Source: Obrimoposthia wandeli
Lineage: Eukaryota
Assembly: GCA_977020255.1 (NCBI GenBank)
Contig: CDROCS010000370.1
Span: 1,984,001 to 2,048,000, forward strand
Length of the DNA: 64,000 nt
Direction of reading: 5' to 3'
Each line of letters begins with the position of its first letter. Position 1 is the first letter of the stretch. Below, in pieces: positions 27,501-37,639 of this stretch. The notes under the pieces were generated by a model. The model was not told where the DNA came from, did no database searches, and saw only the letters and a program-made list of their open reading frames with translations. A program made the position numbers and the translations under genes.

Positions 27501-30500
27501 GATACTATTTAGTTCCCGTCAACCCTGTATAAACCGTCAAAATATAGTTGTCAATCTGCGTCTAACATGAGTATATAGCCGAGGTCAAACAGTGGTTCTG
27601 TATCAAATCTGGAGTGGGCCAGGATTTTCACTGAGATTATCCTTGCATTAATTTTCCCACTGCTATGATTGGCTCTAATCTGACTCACTGCGAAGGAGAC
27701 TCCCAATTACTCTATCGATTTCAGCTGCGACACAACATCTAAACACACACTCTACTGCTAATTACAAAGTAAACTTTCAATCTTATTTGTTCACCGTCTT
27801 TGTCTCCTTCATCAAAAGCCATTTTGTCCAACTCATCAATTCAATTTTTTCTTTTCTTCACAATTTCCGACAGAAATCTGCCAACTCCGTTTTTGCTTTT
27901 TTCTATTCCTGATTAACGGCTTTCACTATTAACCATGTTCCATTTTATTCTGGTTTAGTTTTGGCTTAATTAAATGTTACTATCAGAAGTAGTACATAAA
28001 CAAAATAAAACGAAACACAAATGTTCGATTGGACTTTTTATTAAATTTAATTAAAAACAGATGAAATTTTATCTTCATAATATAACCCCTTATCTTAAAG
28101 AAATGTATTCGTTGTCGATTAAAGTCAAGATTGCATTCAAAGTTCTTCTCATTCAGAAAATCTAGGTACATCGGAAAAAAAGTTCTTTTAATTATTCATT
28201 AATAGGGAAATGAAAACCACCAATAAATATCCGTAAAAAATCAGTAAGATCGAAGCATTATGAAAAGTTTTGAAATATTTTAATATAAAACAATATTTGG
28301 ACGCACCTCTGAAAAATATGTGATCAATAGATTTTAGCGCTATATAAGAATACCATTTTTTAAATGAAGGGCAATAGCTAATATTTTATTTTATAATTGA
28401 CTTTTTAGTCAAATCCATTAATTATTTCTAAATGTTTTAGCGATGAAATTATTTTATAGTTAAGTTAAATTTGCTCCAACTTATCAACTTTGACAGACTT
28501 CACTAACATTGACAACAAATTAGAATACAGGTCGTTGCATTTTGAAATTTATCACAAACAACGTTATGTTGATTTTGATGCTTATGATTATGAAATAGTA
28601 TTTTCTGAAATGAAAAATCTTTATAATCAAATATCTATATGGGTGAAATCAAGAAAATTGAAGTTAAACGAAAATAACATTGAGGCTAGATTATTTGGAT
28701 TTAAGAATAATATTAACCATATTAAGAAATAAAAGCTTCGTGCATGTTGATGAAAATATTATGAAATCATGAAGTAAAATAAAGAATATTGATTCAGTCC
28801 CCAATGAAAACATTACGATGAACTGTCAAATTAATAGTGATGGACATGCAACAATCATATATAATAAAAACAAACAAAACCAAACTATTTCAGCTTATCA
28901 ATTAACATTCAAATTAAAGGAAAGTTTAAGTACAAGCGAAAATTTAATGAAGCTTTGTTAGCTGCCGATCAATGCCAAAATTGAATTCAAGATCCTAAAT
29001 ATTATCAACAAAAATATTCTCTCACAAAAGCCCGCATATTTATGATATTCTAGAATATGTTGCAGTGAACACGTATATGCACCCTTGGTTAAGAAATATT
29101 CAAAATAAATAGTGATGAAATATTTTAAATTTATGTCCTGAATCTTTACAACAATTTATCGATGGATAAACGAAACTGTAACAATGTTGAAAAATGCAAA
29201 AAGAAGTCCAGCATTATTTTTCAAAAATTTATACGAAGAATAATGAAAAACAGGAAGTGCCTTTGAGTAATAATTCATAGAATTACCATATACTAGAGCT
29301 ATATTATGTATGTTATGTTTTTTATCTGTAAATTCATTTTATATATGAGATGACAGTTGAGATGACCGGAAGTGTCACATCTGGAATACCGACAACCAAC
29401 TTTTCCAGGCTTACAAATATTAAGCGGCAGAAAGGAAGGAGATTAAAATACGAATCACATGTAAAGTCATAAGACATACTTGTACCCAGTGGAATTGCTT
29501 TAGACTACGTGGAGTTTCAGAAACTATGGATACGATACCGGATCGAGTAGATGCCCCGGCTACCAACAAGTTGGAGAGGATTGAAATGGGGGTGTACTTA
29601 TTATAAAAATAAAATTACCGGATTAAAATTTCTGGGAAACCACAATCAATCTCCCCTGGTGATTCATCGGTCCTACATGAAGTAGAAGATACCGTACGGT
29701 GTATTACTATAGGGAATAAAAAGTACCTGCATTTGTTTACTATGAATATAGTTTTCATGTCTTATCATATCATCCTTAATGACTGTGCAGCTGCGTGCTA
29801 AGTGTGCACTCGTCAGGACCCGTGCGTTTAAATCGAGCCGTGTTGACGCCCACCATGGTGCCGGAGCTGTTGATTGAACTAGCGATACAACATGGTCGCA
29901 TGCAACTGGTGAGACACAAATGAGGCCCTACAATGTCGGTGACAAATTACAATTTAACAACCTGGTATTTCCAAAAATATTATTGCATTTTATTGATTGA
30001 GGTAGTAATGTGAAGCCAAAGGCAGTATTCAAAAATATTTTTGACAATGTGTATTTTAATTTCCTTTTCTATATTTATATTTAAGAATCTTCCCTAAAAG
30101 AACCCGCTAGTTGGGAGATTTTGCATGCAAGTCATAAATATTTAGTAGTTTCATGAAAGGTCTTAGAGTTAATGAAGCGCAAAATAAGTACAAGTTTATT
30201 TGAAATGTACCATAATGTATTTAGAGCCATGTGCTGGAATAGCGGTTAACCCGAGTTCATTAAACTATCTTTGAGTTGATTTTACTGCCCTAATTTTGGT
30301 GGAAGTTAATAATCATACATGTTTAAGAAGTTAAAATAGCAAATATGGTTAAAATTCGGAGTGTTTGAATACAAAAATATGTTATAATATTCTCAGCTTC
30401 CTCATTCTGAGCCATTTCTCCTCTGCATACCCATTTGAAGATATTATCCACTTAAACTGCCTTGAGTGGAAACCCTGTTCTAAGATTGCTGAGATGGAAT

Positions 30501-33500
30501 GGCGATTTATCTGTGCATAAACAACTTCATGAGGACCTTTAAAACGTGGTTCATCCTTTTCCTCTACATCAATTCTGATTCTAGGTCACCAAATTAATTT
30601 AAAAATTGGTTAGTGTCGCCAGTTATAATTCTTCGTTTGCTGAGACCGTGCAGCTTTGATATTGTCACTTGCATTATCCAACATATCATCTCGAATTTTA
30701 GTCATGGAATTGACCCGATCATCATATGATATGTCCTCATCAGAGTCTGTGCGTATTTAAAATAGGGTGTAAAACATCCGGCCAACGTTTGATATTGTTA
30801 TCCCGAGGTTATTATTCCACTAACCTTTATCCGATTGATCGGTTGCTCCTCCCCGTCAGTCTGTTTGCCTACAATGATATGCTGGTGTGACTCGCCGTAT
30901 GACTCCAATTGGAGCGTGAGCACAAATTCTTGTCCCCGATCATTGAACTGAACATATACAGTGCATGAATATCTGTAGACAGTATCCTCGAATATAAATT
31001 TTGCAATCATATCCGCAGTCTCTAACTCCAATGATCTTGACTCAACAAAATTAGTTAAATTGTATACAGCAAGAACAAAGTCTTTATAACCAAACAGACG
31101 ATTTGGAAATTATATGGTTGTGTTTTCCGAGCAGATTTCGAATATACTCTCATACATAGACGTTTCCAAATATATTTATTTGAAATGAATTCCAAAGTAG
31201 TAATACGAGCTCGATGATCTGCCATTTCTTTTGAAGTTATGCTTTCACCACCCTCGTGGAACAGCTTAACTGATTTTCTTGCTCATTCATTGATACAACG
31301 ATCCTACACCACTTACAGTTTCAAAAATTTTCGGAAGTAGCATTCTGTAGTCTTTACCTTTTTATTGATTTTCTTATATTTGATTTTTCACAGAAATCAT
31401 TTTTTCAGTTTTTTGAATATGTTCCAATTAAGACAAAATATTCAATATATGCGTTTATAATTATTTTAAATATTTTTTATAAAATTTTAAGTGACGTATA
31501 ATAATCCCAAGGCTAGTATGTAACTAAGGTTGACTATACTTTAGAGTACAAGTAATCCATAGTACAGCCAGTATCAGTCAGTAAAGTTATAAAAAATATA
31601 TATTTTAAATATGTATTATGTATACAGTAATTATTCACCTATAAGGGGTCCCACCTATAAGGGTGTCCGGTCACCGAAAATTTCACGCTTCACCTATAAT
31701 AGTACCTTTCCAAGCTTTTAAATAATGCATCTATAAGTGATTCGGTGTCGGTCTCTCTCAAAAACATGTTTTAATGAATACCCTTACAGGTGAATAATTA
31801 CTGTAATTCACTACTTTTATTTATAAGTAATATATTACATTATCTGGTAGTTACTCACATCTGAACGAGGTCATATTTACTGGGATTATATATGTTATAT
31901 TGCTGCCTGGTTGTCAAAATTAGCTAAAGCTGTCAATCTTCTTACTAAACGATTGACGAATCTTGTGCAGTTTGGCAATGTCCAGGTGCATACACTCATG
32001 AATTCCTTCTCTGGGATGATGTGTGTGGTCGTGAATCCTCTCGCCAATAGGCAGGCCGTCAAATGCGTATCTGACACCACTGGGTATGTCTTAGTCCCGA
32101 CTGCGACTCATTTGTCCCCATTTTCAATGCTTATTTCCATAAATTTTCAGTGGTTACAACTATTTGACAGGCTCTTGTTCTAAAACTACACGCGTTAAAG
32201 CTCAATTAAAATCATAAGCTATGTTGAATAGCAAACTCAGGGTCACTAAACCATTCAAATTTATATTATTTAATATAGAAATGCAATCTAGCTGATAATA
32301 TATATTCAAAGGTGCTTTACTTGGTTAACTTATTTAAATATTCTTTTTCAAAAAAAATTGAACAAGAACGTTTTCAAATTCCATTTTATAATTGATTATA
32401 ATTAAAACGTGACTTGAAATTAATTCAGCAATTAAGATAAGTTTTCCGTGTTGATTAACAGAGCAAGTAAACATATATAACTCGAAATTTCCATTCTATT
32501 TCATATCCGTACATCAAAATTAATTTTATTTTTTATTTTGGTACAGCTTTTATCTGCCCATCTGTATTAAGTTAAAAATTATTGATGTACAAATTTAAAT
32601 AAAATTTTTTATTAATTCAATACTAAAATTTTTAACTATTTTAATTATATTGTTGTAAAACTAAAACTGTTTTATAAATTATCGTTTATTTATTTAACAA
32701 ATTAGAAGATTAATTTTAAATACTTTTTATTTAATAATATATTTCAGATGAATTATAAATTCACCATAGAAAAAATATCATAATTAATTTTTCAAATATA
32801 TTTTATATTGATTCATTTGTGAAATATATTTTATATTTATGCACAAAATTAATTTAATTTTCTACAAACTTTTGTGCAGCTTTTATCTGTCCATCTTTTT
32901 TATGTACAAATTTAAACATTTTTTATAAATTAAAGAATAAAATTGCTAAAATATTCTTTGAAAATATTTGGAAGGAGAGAAAAGATCGTTAGAAAGGTAA
33001 AAATGTAATTTAGAGAGGATATCAAAACAGAGAAAATTTGAATTGAGAAAATGTTTTACATAAGAAGGCAACATACAATCAAAACAAAGGGGATTAAAGA
33101 TATTATGGAACTTACTCAGAAGAATTGAGTGGGTGAAAGAAAGTAGATTTTGATTCTGCAAAACTAAAAAAGAGAGAAAAGTATGTTCTAAATCTTGTTC
33201 AATACGTTTTTGTTATCATCAAAATTTCAGTGACAGCGTAAAATTTTAATCTTTTAAAAAAATCGAAATGGATTCTACTGGTTTTCACTACAAAACTAAT
33301 TAATCGATTCTCGCTGCATCATATGTGGTGGCATTAAAAGTGGATTAGAGTTTTAAAAAATCATTCTATAGCCGAAAATGTAATAGAATTATGCGGGGTA
33401 GAATGTGCCAGACTTACCTATGCGAGAACTTTTTCAACTATCTTTTTGTTCCATTAATGTATTATTCGTCTTTTAAATCCCAATTGATTTTGATTTCACT

Positions 33501-33984
33501 GTTGTCATTAAATAATTGTCTTAAACGTTATACCCAAACAATTTCAATGGAATTTATGTCTTCAAATCTACTTAGACATTCCAGTAAATTAATTCTTCAA
33601 CTATGTATCGAAGGACTAGTCGATTATTATGTTTATAGTGATGAATTGTGTTAAGTCTCTGTTCAACATGTAGATCACTTGTGCAGAAGTCTCAACGTGC
33701 GCGAGAGCCGTGGACGCCAATTCCCGGTTGTAAAAGACGTCCTGAGGCCAGGCGAGGTGCAAATTACAACTCTTCTCACACAAGACGACTCACACACACC
33801 ATTCTCTTTGCACCACCGCCTCACTGCCTCTATTTGTCACTCTGACACAGACGCCTCCCTGTTGCGTGACCACCCGGCGTTGGTAGGGGTCTCCGATCCC
33901 ACTCATTGGCCGCCCATACAGCTGCTTCTGCACCAACCAATCAGCATTCGCAGCACAAGCATCGGCCAAGGTCGGTTGACTTAG
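46..33984 (+). CDS. CAPN15: Calpain-15 / small optic lobes (SOL) protease, 5'-partial spliced gene: join(46-288,329-558,3742-3925,6978-7289,8687-8910,9396-9682,14092-14251,15192-15360,19881-19996,29791-29908,31971-32083,33687-33984)
   Basis: All 11 introns are GT-AG with matching phases; the exons sum to 2454 nt (817 aa + stop). RanBP2 finger, catalytic QGRLGNCW / LHAYAV / KNPW and SOL C-terminal-type motifs (SPLDLLLVV, LSVHSS, HHRLT) occur in the expected order. Confidence 0.92.
329..558 (+). CDS. CAPN15: CAPN15 exon, start of protease core with catalytic Cys
   Basis: Follows a 40-nt intron (289-328); FVDVEFP, WLRPE, DIVQGRLGNCW; phase-2 donor at 559. Confidence 0.92.
1661..1752. repeat. 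45-bp tandem duplication
   Basis: tttatttttcaattaatattaaaaaaactatttataaactataaa occurs twice head-to-tail. Confidence 0.9.
1790..2420 (-). mobile_element. Degraded L2/CR1-group non-LTR retrotransposon, 3' part of ORF2
   Basis: Frameshifted IPRYLLREATIMVTRSVISSRLDF / SLLHNLPNKQL / LLNLQWL resembles the post-RT motif LVHAFISSRLDYCNSLL...LHWL. Confidence 0.6.
2958..3281 (+). CDS. Orphan intronless ORF (107 aa) nested in a calpain intron; homologous to the relic at 11370-11760
   Basis: Clean ATG-to-stop frame; shares YVGNF, IxPVxxxKxxxxYxI...D...IL and DGISxY motifs with the 11370 relic. Confidence 0.5.
   Translation: MDPLLRYVGNFYYPERISKGNLCNILKRHQIILVINPVKISKVENKYLIEILTTSDIDHLKNILGFYIPDYVYEGNSFQLETDSSLAFRDYLGYLIAPILDGISQYV
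3742..3925 (+). CDS. CAPN15: CAPN15 exon
   Basis: GIYQVRLCKDGFWQVVTIDDLFP; acceptor TTCAG, donor GTGAG. Confidence 0.92.
4215..4620 (-). mobile_element. Degraded DNA transposase fragment (tentatively Chapaev-3/CMC-like)
   Basis: DWWLFIDATIISLKVSLLH...HNWLIV...IAML...QSEYTKYMCFL matches the widespread WRLFIDSS..SLKAVLLH...GYTKYPCFLC transposase; superfamily name is from memory. Confidence 0.6.
4828..5690 (+). mobile_element. Degraded Gypsy-type pol fragment (RNase H plus integrase)
   Basis: LWCDASKIACG...IIEDGSWLRP...AVIKGLN...TDS; integrase zinc-finger end VVSNCEECKSIDPAP; PATNGIIEK. Confidence 0.7.
6477..6522. repeat. (AT)n microsatellite
   Basis: Uninterrupted alternating AT run. Confidence 0.95.
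6978..7289 (+). CDS. CAPN15: CAPN15 exon
   Basis: RKQLWVSLIEKAAAKLAGSYSAL and LTGSPCE; acceptor TGTGCAG. Confidence 0.92.
8687..8910 (+). CDS. CAPN15: CAPN15 exon with catalytic His and Asn
   Basis: MCASCG, HAYAVLD, RLLRLKNPW, WRGQWSD; donor GTGAGT. Confidence 0.92.
9396..9682 (+). CDS. CAPN15: CAPN15 exon, end of protease core
   Basis: GVFWIDWEDLCTFFFALDIC; acceptor TGTGCAG, donor GTGAGT; phases 2/1. Confidence 0.88.
10918..11002 (+). repeat. Diverged repeat, inverted partner of 13793-13883
   Basis: agtagggcgaag, cccgt, accctagc and gtgttacc are colinear with the reverse complement of 13793-13883. Confidence 0.7.
11370..11760 (+). pseudogene. Frameshifted and stop-interrupted homolog of the 2958 orphan ORF
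   Basis: KYAGNY (frame shifted), IYPVSVEKHKFSYIISNIIKADVERINKIL, and DGISRY after in-frame stops. Confidence 0.5.
11848..12570 (+). pseudogene. Degraded coding-like sequence of unknown family adjacent to a pPolB relic
   Basis: Protein-like frame segments (GGMLFFGRECF, IGLRDIFEELHKVL) broken by frameshifts; no family recognised. Confidence 0.25.
12660..13430 (+). mobile_element. Polinton/Maverick (adintovirus-like) protein-primed DNA polymerase B relic, C-terminal part
   Basis: ANDFE / KLKVNSLFG / YIGQAVLNLSKLRMY / LDISKFSINHPLF / GKYKNE / HQLYT / SSNDDKR in correct pPolB order, with frameshifts. Confidence 0.8.
13793..13883 (-). repeat. Diverged repeat, inverted partner of 10918-11002; contains the palindrome GTTACCAGGGTAAC
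   Basis: Alignment by eye; palindrome at 13794-13807. Confidence 0.7.
14092..14251 (+). CDS. CAPN15: CAPN15 exon (domain III-like)
   Basis: CAFLTLTKSCQVQVVLWQ; acceptor ATGCAG, donor GTTAGT; an alternative donor at 14233 paired with acceptor 15154 is also in frame. Confidence 0.75.
15192..15360 (+). CDS. CAPN15: CAPN15 exon
   Basis: SPLDLLLVVCR...SNRQ...LLDPGSY...YHY; donor GTACGT. Confidence 0.85.
16370..16618. repeat. Three copies of an 18-bp hairpin motif GTCTTT-GTTCCG-AAAGAC
   Basis: Copies at 16370-16387, 16423-16440 and 16601-16618; likely transposon subterminal repeats. Confidence 0.75.
16960..17960 (+). mobile_element. Polinton/Maverick pPolB relic, N-terminal part with endonuclease-VII-like finger and start of exonuclease
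   Basis: NLSINVF, HYIAV, CHKCLDCF, FVVYADL, VRDHDHMSGKYLGVACFKCN, LPVLFHNLKGYDLHHI; multiple stops and frameshifts. Confidence 0.82.
18630..19269 (-). pseudogene. Orphan acidic ORF (106 aa) with a frameshifted continuation, inside a Polinton-containing intron
   Basis: ORF 18949-19269; open segment YELWTYEQREGPLEEEIINKL...YLNFFYP continues in another frame. Confidence 0.35.
19881..19996 (+). CDS. CAPN15: CAPN15 small exon (below the ORF-track length threshold)
   Basis: GC-rich open frame ATVSLDQIALLREDSFSQSPSLQCLDFPAHPKFNYSAL; CAAG acceptor, GTGAGT donor; supplies the phase 0-to-2 change needed to join the flanking exons. Confidence 0.7.
20519..21349. repeat. Left arm of an ~830-bp inverted duplication
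   Basis: Reverse complement matches 25632-26519 with few substitutions. Confidence 0.95.
20891..21712 (-). CDS. Intronless divergent Ser/Thr protein kinase (Pim/CAMK-like fold), nested antisense in a calpain intron
   Basis: 273-aa intact ORF; FIVIFEY hinge, HMDIKPSNVMV catalytic loop, KLIDLE (for DFG), VGTDFYMAPE, QVFSFG (for DVWSLG). Confidence 0.85.
   Translation of the reverse strand: MFITKFSQFTILSNKGNTMVTLVTNPKTGHQTLQKIFKTESKSQMCFDKKYEIMMPIELRNYLDIEDPWERLCPRVLDYTCREEFFIVIFEYLDEPWMNLQKLCRVKLPDVTVLKKILRDVLKLILKLNKQGLFHMDIKPSNVMVNSKTHEVKLIDLEFMYNTKHENTKEKKDPRCNYRVGTDFYMAPEVQFNDGLNYYSVKSSQVFSFGKTILKCFNYYKDDQLSPDETDQKEYAVTRCCDYYPAYRPYLEDVLEFELFTVKKKGLRLFRLF
21947..22030. repeat. Decaying 14-bp tandem repeat, 6 copies
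   Basis: agtggttcatttaa / ggtggttcttttaa / ggtagttctttgaa and three further copies. Confidence 0.8.
22070..23412 (-). mobile_element. Solo LTR (1343 bp) related to the LTR at 44630-46430
   Basis: Minus strand begins TGTTAGG and ends TCCAACA; 4-bp TSD AAGT at 22066-22069 and 23413-23416; shares ccttgaaagc-aggttaaa near its start and gttggggccctcc...gaggatctat...tagaaac-ccaaca at its end with the 44630 LTR. Confidence 0.88.
23960..24214 (-). pseudogene. Polinton/adintovirus packaging ATPase fragment
   Basis: Walker A IIGSSGSGKN followed by LLLKMLLEPDFFDYDNL, typical of Polinton ATPases; truncated. Confidence 0.75.
24363..24601 (+). pseudogene. Polinton/adintovirus pX-like protein, frameshifted
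   Basis: GGFLPLLALIPAIAAALGTAGGLAGGV; one-base shift near 24480. Confidence 0.7.
24657..24947 (+). pseudogene. Polinton pX-region protein, C-terminal segment
   Basis: RLYLN and GLGIYLKP motifs (GxGLYLxP type). Confidence 0.55.
24970..25631 (+). pseudogene. Degraded Polinton-like accessory gene
   Basis: FLKQQEPVVKA and EAGNNYK segments in broken frames. Confidence 0.35.
25632..26091 (+). pseudogene. 5'-truncated, frameshifted copy of the kinase
   Basis: Starts mid-domain (LKLILKLNKQGLFHMD); extra C near 26010 shifts the frame. Confidence 0.9.
25632..26519. repeat. Right arm of the inverted duplication, with an internal ~57-bp tandem duplication (26320-26435)
   Basis: Direct comparison with 20519-21349. 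Confidence 0.95.
26600..27000 (-). mobile_element. Degraded piggyBac-like transposase fragment
   Basis: KWRDNSVIDICNST resembles the PGBD motif RWxDNSVVTxxS; only this one motif supports the call. Confidence 0.35.
27293..27434. other. Two adjacent multi-stem hairpins
   Basis: ctggacccc/ggggtccag, ggcttg/caagcc, ctggtat/ataccag; then ggctatt/aatagcc, tact/agta, gtggta/taccac. Confidence 0.7.
28490..29110 (+). pseudogene. Orphan AT-rich ORF with degraded downstream coding-like sequence
   Basis: 80-aa frame plus broken protein-like frames; family not recognised. Confidence 0.25.
29400..29600 (+). mobile_element. RTE-like LINE 3' fragment
   Basis: RRLKYESHV...PRLPTSW resembles RRLKYFGHV...GRPRxxW. 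Confidence 0.3.
29791..29908 (+). CDS. CAPN15: CAPN15 exon (SOL-homology region)
   Basis: CVLSVHSSGPVRL...PELLIELAIQHGR; acceptor TGTGCAG, donor GTGAGA. Confidence 0.85.
30440..31330 (-). mobile_element. Degraded Gypsy/Ginger-type integrase
   Basis: FVESRSLELETADMIAKFIFEDTVYRYSC...NDRGQEF, NIKAARSQQTKNYN, KGPHEV. Confidence 0.65.
31625..31803. mobile_element. Tc1/mariner-pogo-type MITE (179 bp)
   Basis: TIRs CAGTAATTATTCACCT(A/G)TAAGG with one mismatch; TA target duplication on both sides. Confidence 0.88.
31971..32083 (+). CDS. CAPN15: CAPN15 exon
   Basis: FGNVQVHTLMNSFSGMMCVVVNP...VKCVSD; acceptor TGTGCAG, donor GTATGT. Confidence 0.82.
33687..33984 (+). CDS. CAPN15: CAPN15 terminal coding exon
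   Basis: SLNVRESRG...VQITTLLTQ...FSLHHRLT...HWPP; acceptor TGTGCAG; stop TAG. Confidence 0.85.
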
Positions 33985-36531
33985 AAACGAAACTATTTCA
34001 GAATTTTAATCTTTATCTTAATAACACTTATCACAAATTATCTTTCTGCTTCAAAAAATATTCGAAGTTAACTTAGGTCCTTTGAATCTCCTAATTCCAG
34101 GTTTACTCTATTTTTCTTAAGTCTAGTTTTTAGTTATGAATGTTATGGGAAATTTCTAATATTGTACATATTATCAAAATTTTATACAAAGTTTATCTTC
34201 CCAATGAAATTATTTTATTCATGTAAAAATTTCATGAATGCAGATGCATAACCACGTTGAGGTAGAGGAAGGCACATGCCCCTTCCCTCGTTAATCATGA
34301 CAGTGGCCAATTTGTTCATTGTAAAAATAATTATTAAACCAAATTTGCTAAAAATATTTTTGTGTAAGTAGATATTTAAAAAAAGAAAAAGCTGCTACGG
34401 TATCAGTGCTTTGATAAGTCGCACATTATATATTTGTTACTTATATTAAAGCAAAAAACAGCATAAATAAAAATCAATAAACGAAATTGTGATTTGATTA
34501 GTTCAATAATTAAAAAAAAAAGAAGAGAACATTCAATTGTATCATTTAGATTAGTTATGTTTTCTATCGTAGACATAATTCAAATGAGTTGGAATGCACA
34601 AACACAATATATATTTAAATGTGATACAGGGGATTATATGAACAAGTATTGCCGGTAGGATATTTCCGGTTTCTTATTACATAATTATATTTATCATCGT
34701 CGAATTGTGAGTAAGCTTTTCTTAAATCGAAGATAATTAAGATTCGACAGTTCACTTTCATGGTTTATGAAAGACTCGGGGGAAACATGTTATCAAGTAT
34801 TGAACGAGATATTTCGCCTTCTTTAATATAGAACAGATCACTGAGAGATTTAAAAGAAGTAAAATCATAAAAAAAATGATTTATAAAAATCTATTTGGGA
34901 TTTGTGTATGTTTTCCGTATCTGACTTTCGTGACTAAACTTCCTGACTACGCCACTACATGAATATTATAGCTTTATAATTAATACATTGGATTTGTGGG
35001 TCGTTGAGTACATCATTTTTGAATACCTATGTTGCACTTATTGAAAAACAACCTGATTTTAGGGAGACCAGACGATTTTAGCCGAATTCAATAAGGGTAC
35101 ATGTAGAATAATTTTAGTAACAAGTGTTAACTGTTCTCTCTTTTGTCATATTTTATCGGTGAAGTGACTGAGTTCATCTCTGATATGACTTTTGTGCACC
35201 CCATTTGACACTGAGTAGTTTTTCCATGCCAAAATTAACAAACATTGTTTTGGCTTCATTTCCAATTAAAATTATTCACCAACACTTTGAGTCCAACTCA
35301 GAGTTTGAAATGGCCGATGAATTAAAAATATGATTAAATACTTTTTCAATAATAGTATTTATTTAGTCAACCTTATTTTTCAATTTTGTGTAAATGATTT
35401 TATAAATTCTGCAAAGAATCGAAACGTTAAATTTAAGTTATATATAATCATATTACTTATAAATTAAAGTAGTAAAGTTAAATGAAAGATAGATATTTCA
35501 AATATACAAGGCGGTTTCAAATCTTGTCCAAATCTGAACTGAAATATTCTTGTAAATTTATTTTAAAGAATCTAAGCATCTTTATGAAACAGCATAATAT
35601 GAATTAAATAAATTGTCATTTTCACCTTTAGATGAAAGCTGATTATTGAAATCCATATCATTTCCAGAAGAAACACTTCTCGATTGTAAAGGATTTTTTC
35701 AGGTTTTAAAGCTATTCAAAGTTTACACTTTAAGGAAAAACTATGTTTACATTCTAACATTATGAGACCAGTATTATGATGAATTGTGTCTGTTTTTATA
35801 CATTTAAAATTGTAAGTCTCTATCTTTCATTTTATTTTCACTTATTATATTTTTGTATTTTAGGTTATAATTGATAATATTTAGGTTATATTTGAACTAC
35901 TTACAACTAAAATTATTATATATTTTAATTTGCAAACATTTTTCTGATAAATATCCAAGACAAACTTTCAAAAACTTTTATTAAATTTTTAGTTGGAAAT
36001 TTTTTGGACAAACATTTTCTAATTTTAAAAAAAAATTCAAATGTTAAAAAGTTTTATGTAATTTTTTTTTGCAATGGTGTTGTACCAGTAATTTAAAAAC
36101 TTTTATAATTTTGGTGCAGAATATGTTTGTATTTTGAAAATACAAACAACATTTATTTAATCGTTTTTTAATTTGATAAAATAAAAAATTTATGATCTAA
36201 GACCCTGTAAAGGTATGACCTAGCATAGATCAAGTGCAATATGATTTTCTTTGAAAAGTAGAAAAATATTTGTTTGAAGGTATAAGAAGCCCTTAAGAAC
36301 CTTCGAAGTGTTGGGACCAAAGTTGAAGTACTTCTTAGAGAAGCCTCTGATGCGTGAATTCTTTTGAGTGATAGGCCTTGTATGGACGGCCTATTTATTA
36401 GTCTCAATAATTATCTGAAGGCATGTCTTTTTATGCCTTAAATCTAATTTCAAATATTTGCTTAATCAGTGAGTCGATAACTTCTAAATTTGTATGTTTC
36501 TCGGTTAAAAGCGTAGAGCTTTTCTCTAGAT

Positions 36532-37176
36532 CAGTGCTTCTCAACCTTTTTGCTGAAGCGGATCCCCATGGAAACATTCCCTGTGCAATAATTTAATTGT
36601 CTTATGCAAAAAACAGCATTTAATTAATAAAATGAAAGTACTCATGTTCAGAGTATTTATTTACAATAAAAACACAAACTGTTAAAAAAATTGTACATGT
36701 TTGAATAGATTACATTTATTCTCATCAAAAACTCAATGAGAAACTTGAGCCTGGTGTTTCTTGCACAACTCTTTAAGATTGGGTCGTGTTTTTGACAGAC
36801 ACACACGAAGTTTATCTTCCACATACAGCAATTGTGCTCGCTTCTTGTGCTTGATGGTTGTCAGAGCTGAAAATTCAAATTCTCACAAGTAGGAGGTTGA
36901 AAATTGCACAAGAATTGTTAGCGCTTTCTATGCAATTGCAGGATATTCCTTTTCAACCAAGAACCAAAATGCATTCCGGTTAACCTCAGAATGCTTCAAC
37001 TTTAATGTCCTGTCATTTAGAACACTGGCAAGTTCTTCTTCTTCTGTTAATGTGAACTGTTCTTCCGATGGCTCAAATTCCACTTAACTAAAATGTCGTT
37101 TATTTGTTCGTTGTTCTCATTTAGAAATTGCGGAACCCCTGGACTGTATTGACGGAACCCTGATTGAAAACCACTG
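36532..37176 (-). mobile_element. hAT (Charlie-type) internally deleted element, 645 bp
   Basis: TIRs CAGTGCTTCTCAACC / CAGTGGTTTTCAATC; perfect 8-bp TSD CTCTAGAT; transposase C-terminus FSTSY-CE...SALTTIK...QAQVSH*. Confidence 0.93.
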
Positions 37177-37639
37177 CTCTAGATCCTAAATAGTCTAGGT
37201 TTCTCTTCAAAATAATCCTTAATCGAATAATATTGTATTACGAAAACAAAAATAGAAACGGTATTCAAATTATAATAAAACACGTTATCTCAAAATACAA
37301 TACACAACGAGAAACGTTAAACAACGGTGGTTGAAGTATGTCAAAAATAATTCCAGATCAGTCTGGTGCAAATTAGTTTAATGCCGTTACGAGATGATTT
37401 TATTTTCGATAAAAAAAAGTTTATGAAAGGCTTGGGTCTGGTTCAGGCTTGTTATGATTTTACCCTGAGATTATTGAATGTAACAATAACTGTCCGTTTA
37501 CAGAATAGCTAAAAAATTTCCTATTAAACTAATTATATCAAATAATTAAGGCAAAATATATATAAATTTTACAACAATCATTTATTTCTGCACAATTGTT
37601 GAGAATAGTTAATAATTTTCTTTTTTCGGAAAAATTAAC

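Noticed and set aside
27780-27960. Possible LINE endonuclease fragment (NGVGRFLS) on the minus strand
   Set aside because: Single short motif; insufficient support.
35050-35520. Possible mariner transposase relic and TIR
   Set aside because: Only a weak GMEKLLS.KW echo; no paired TIRs found.
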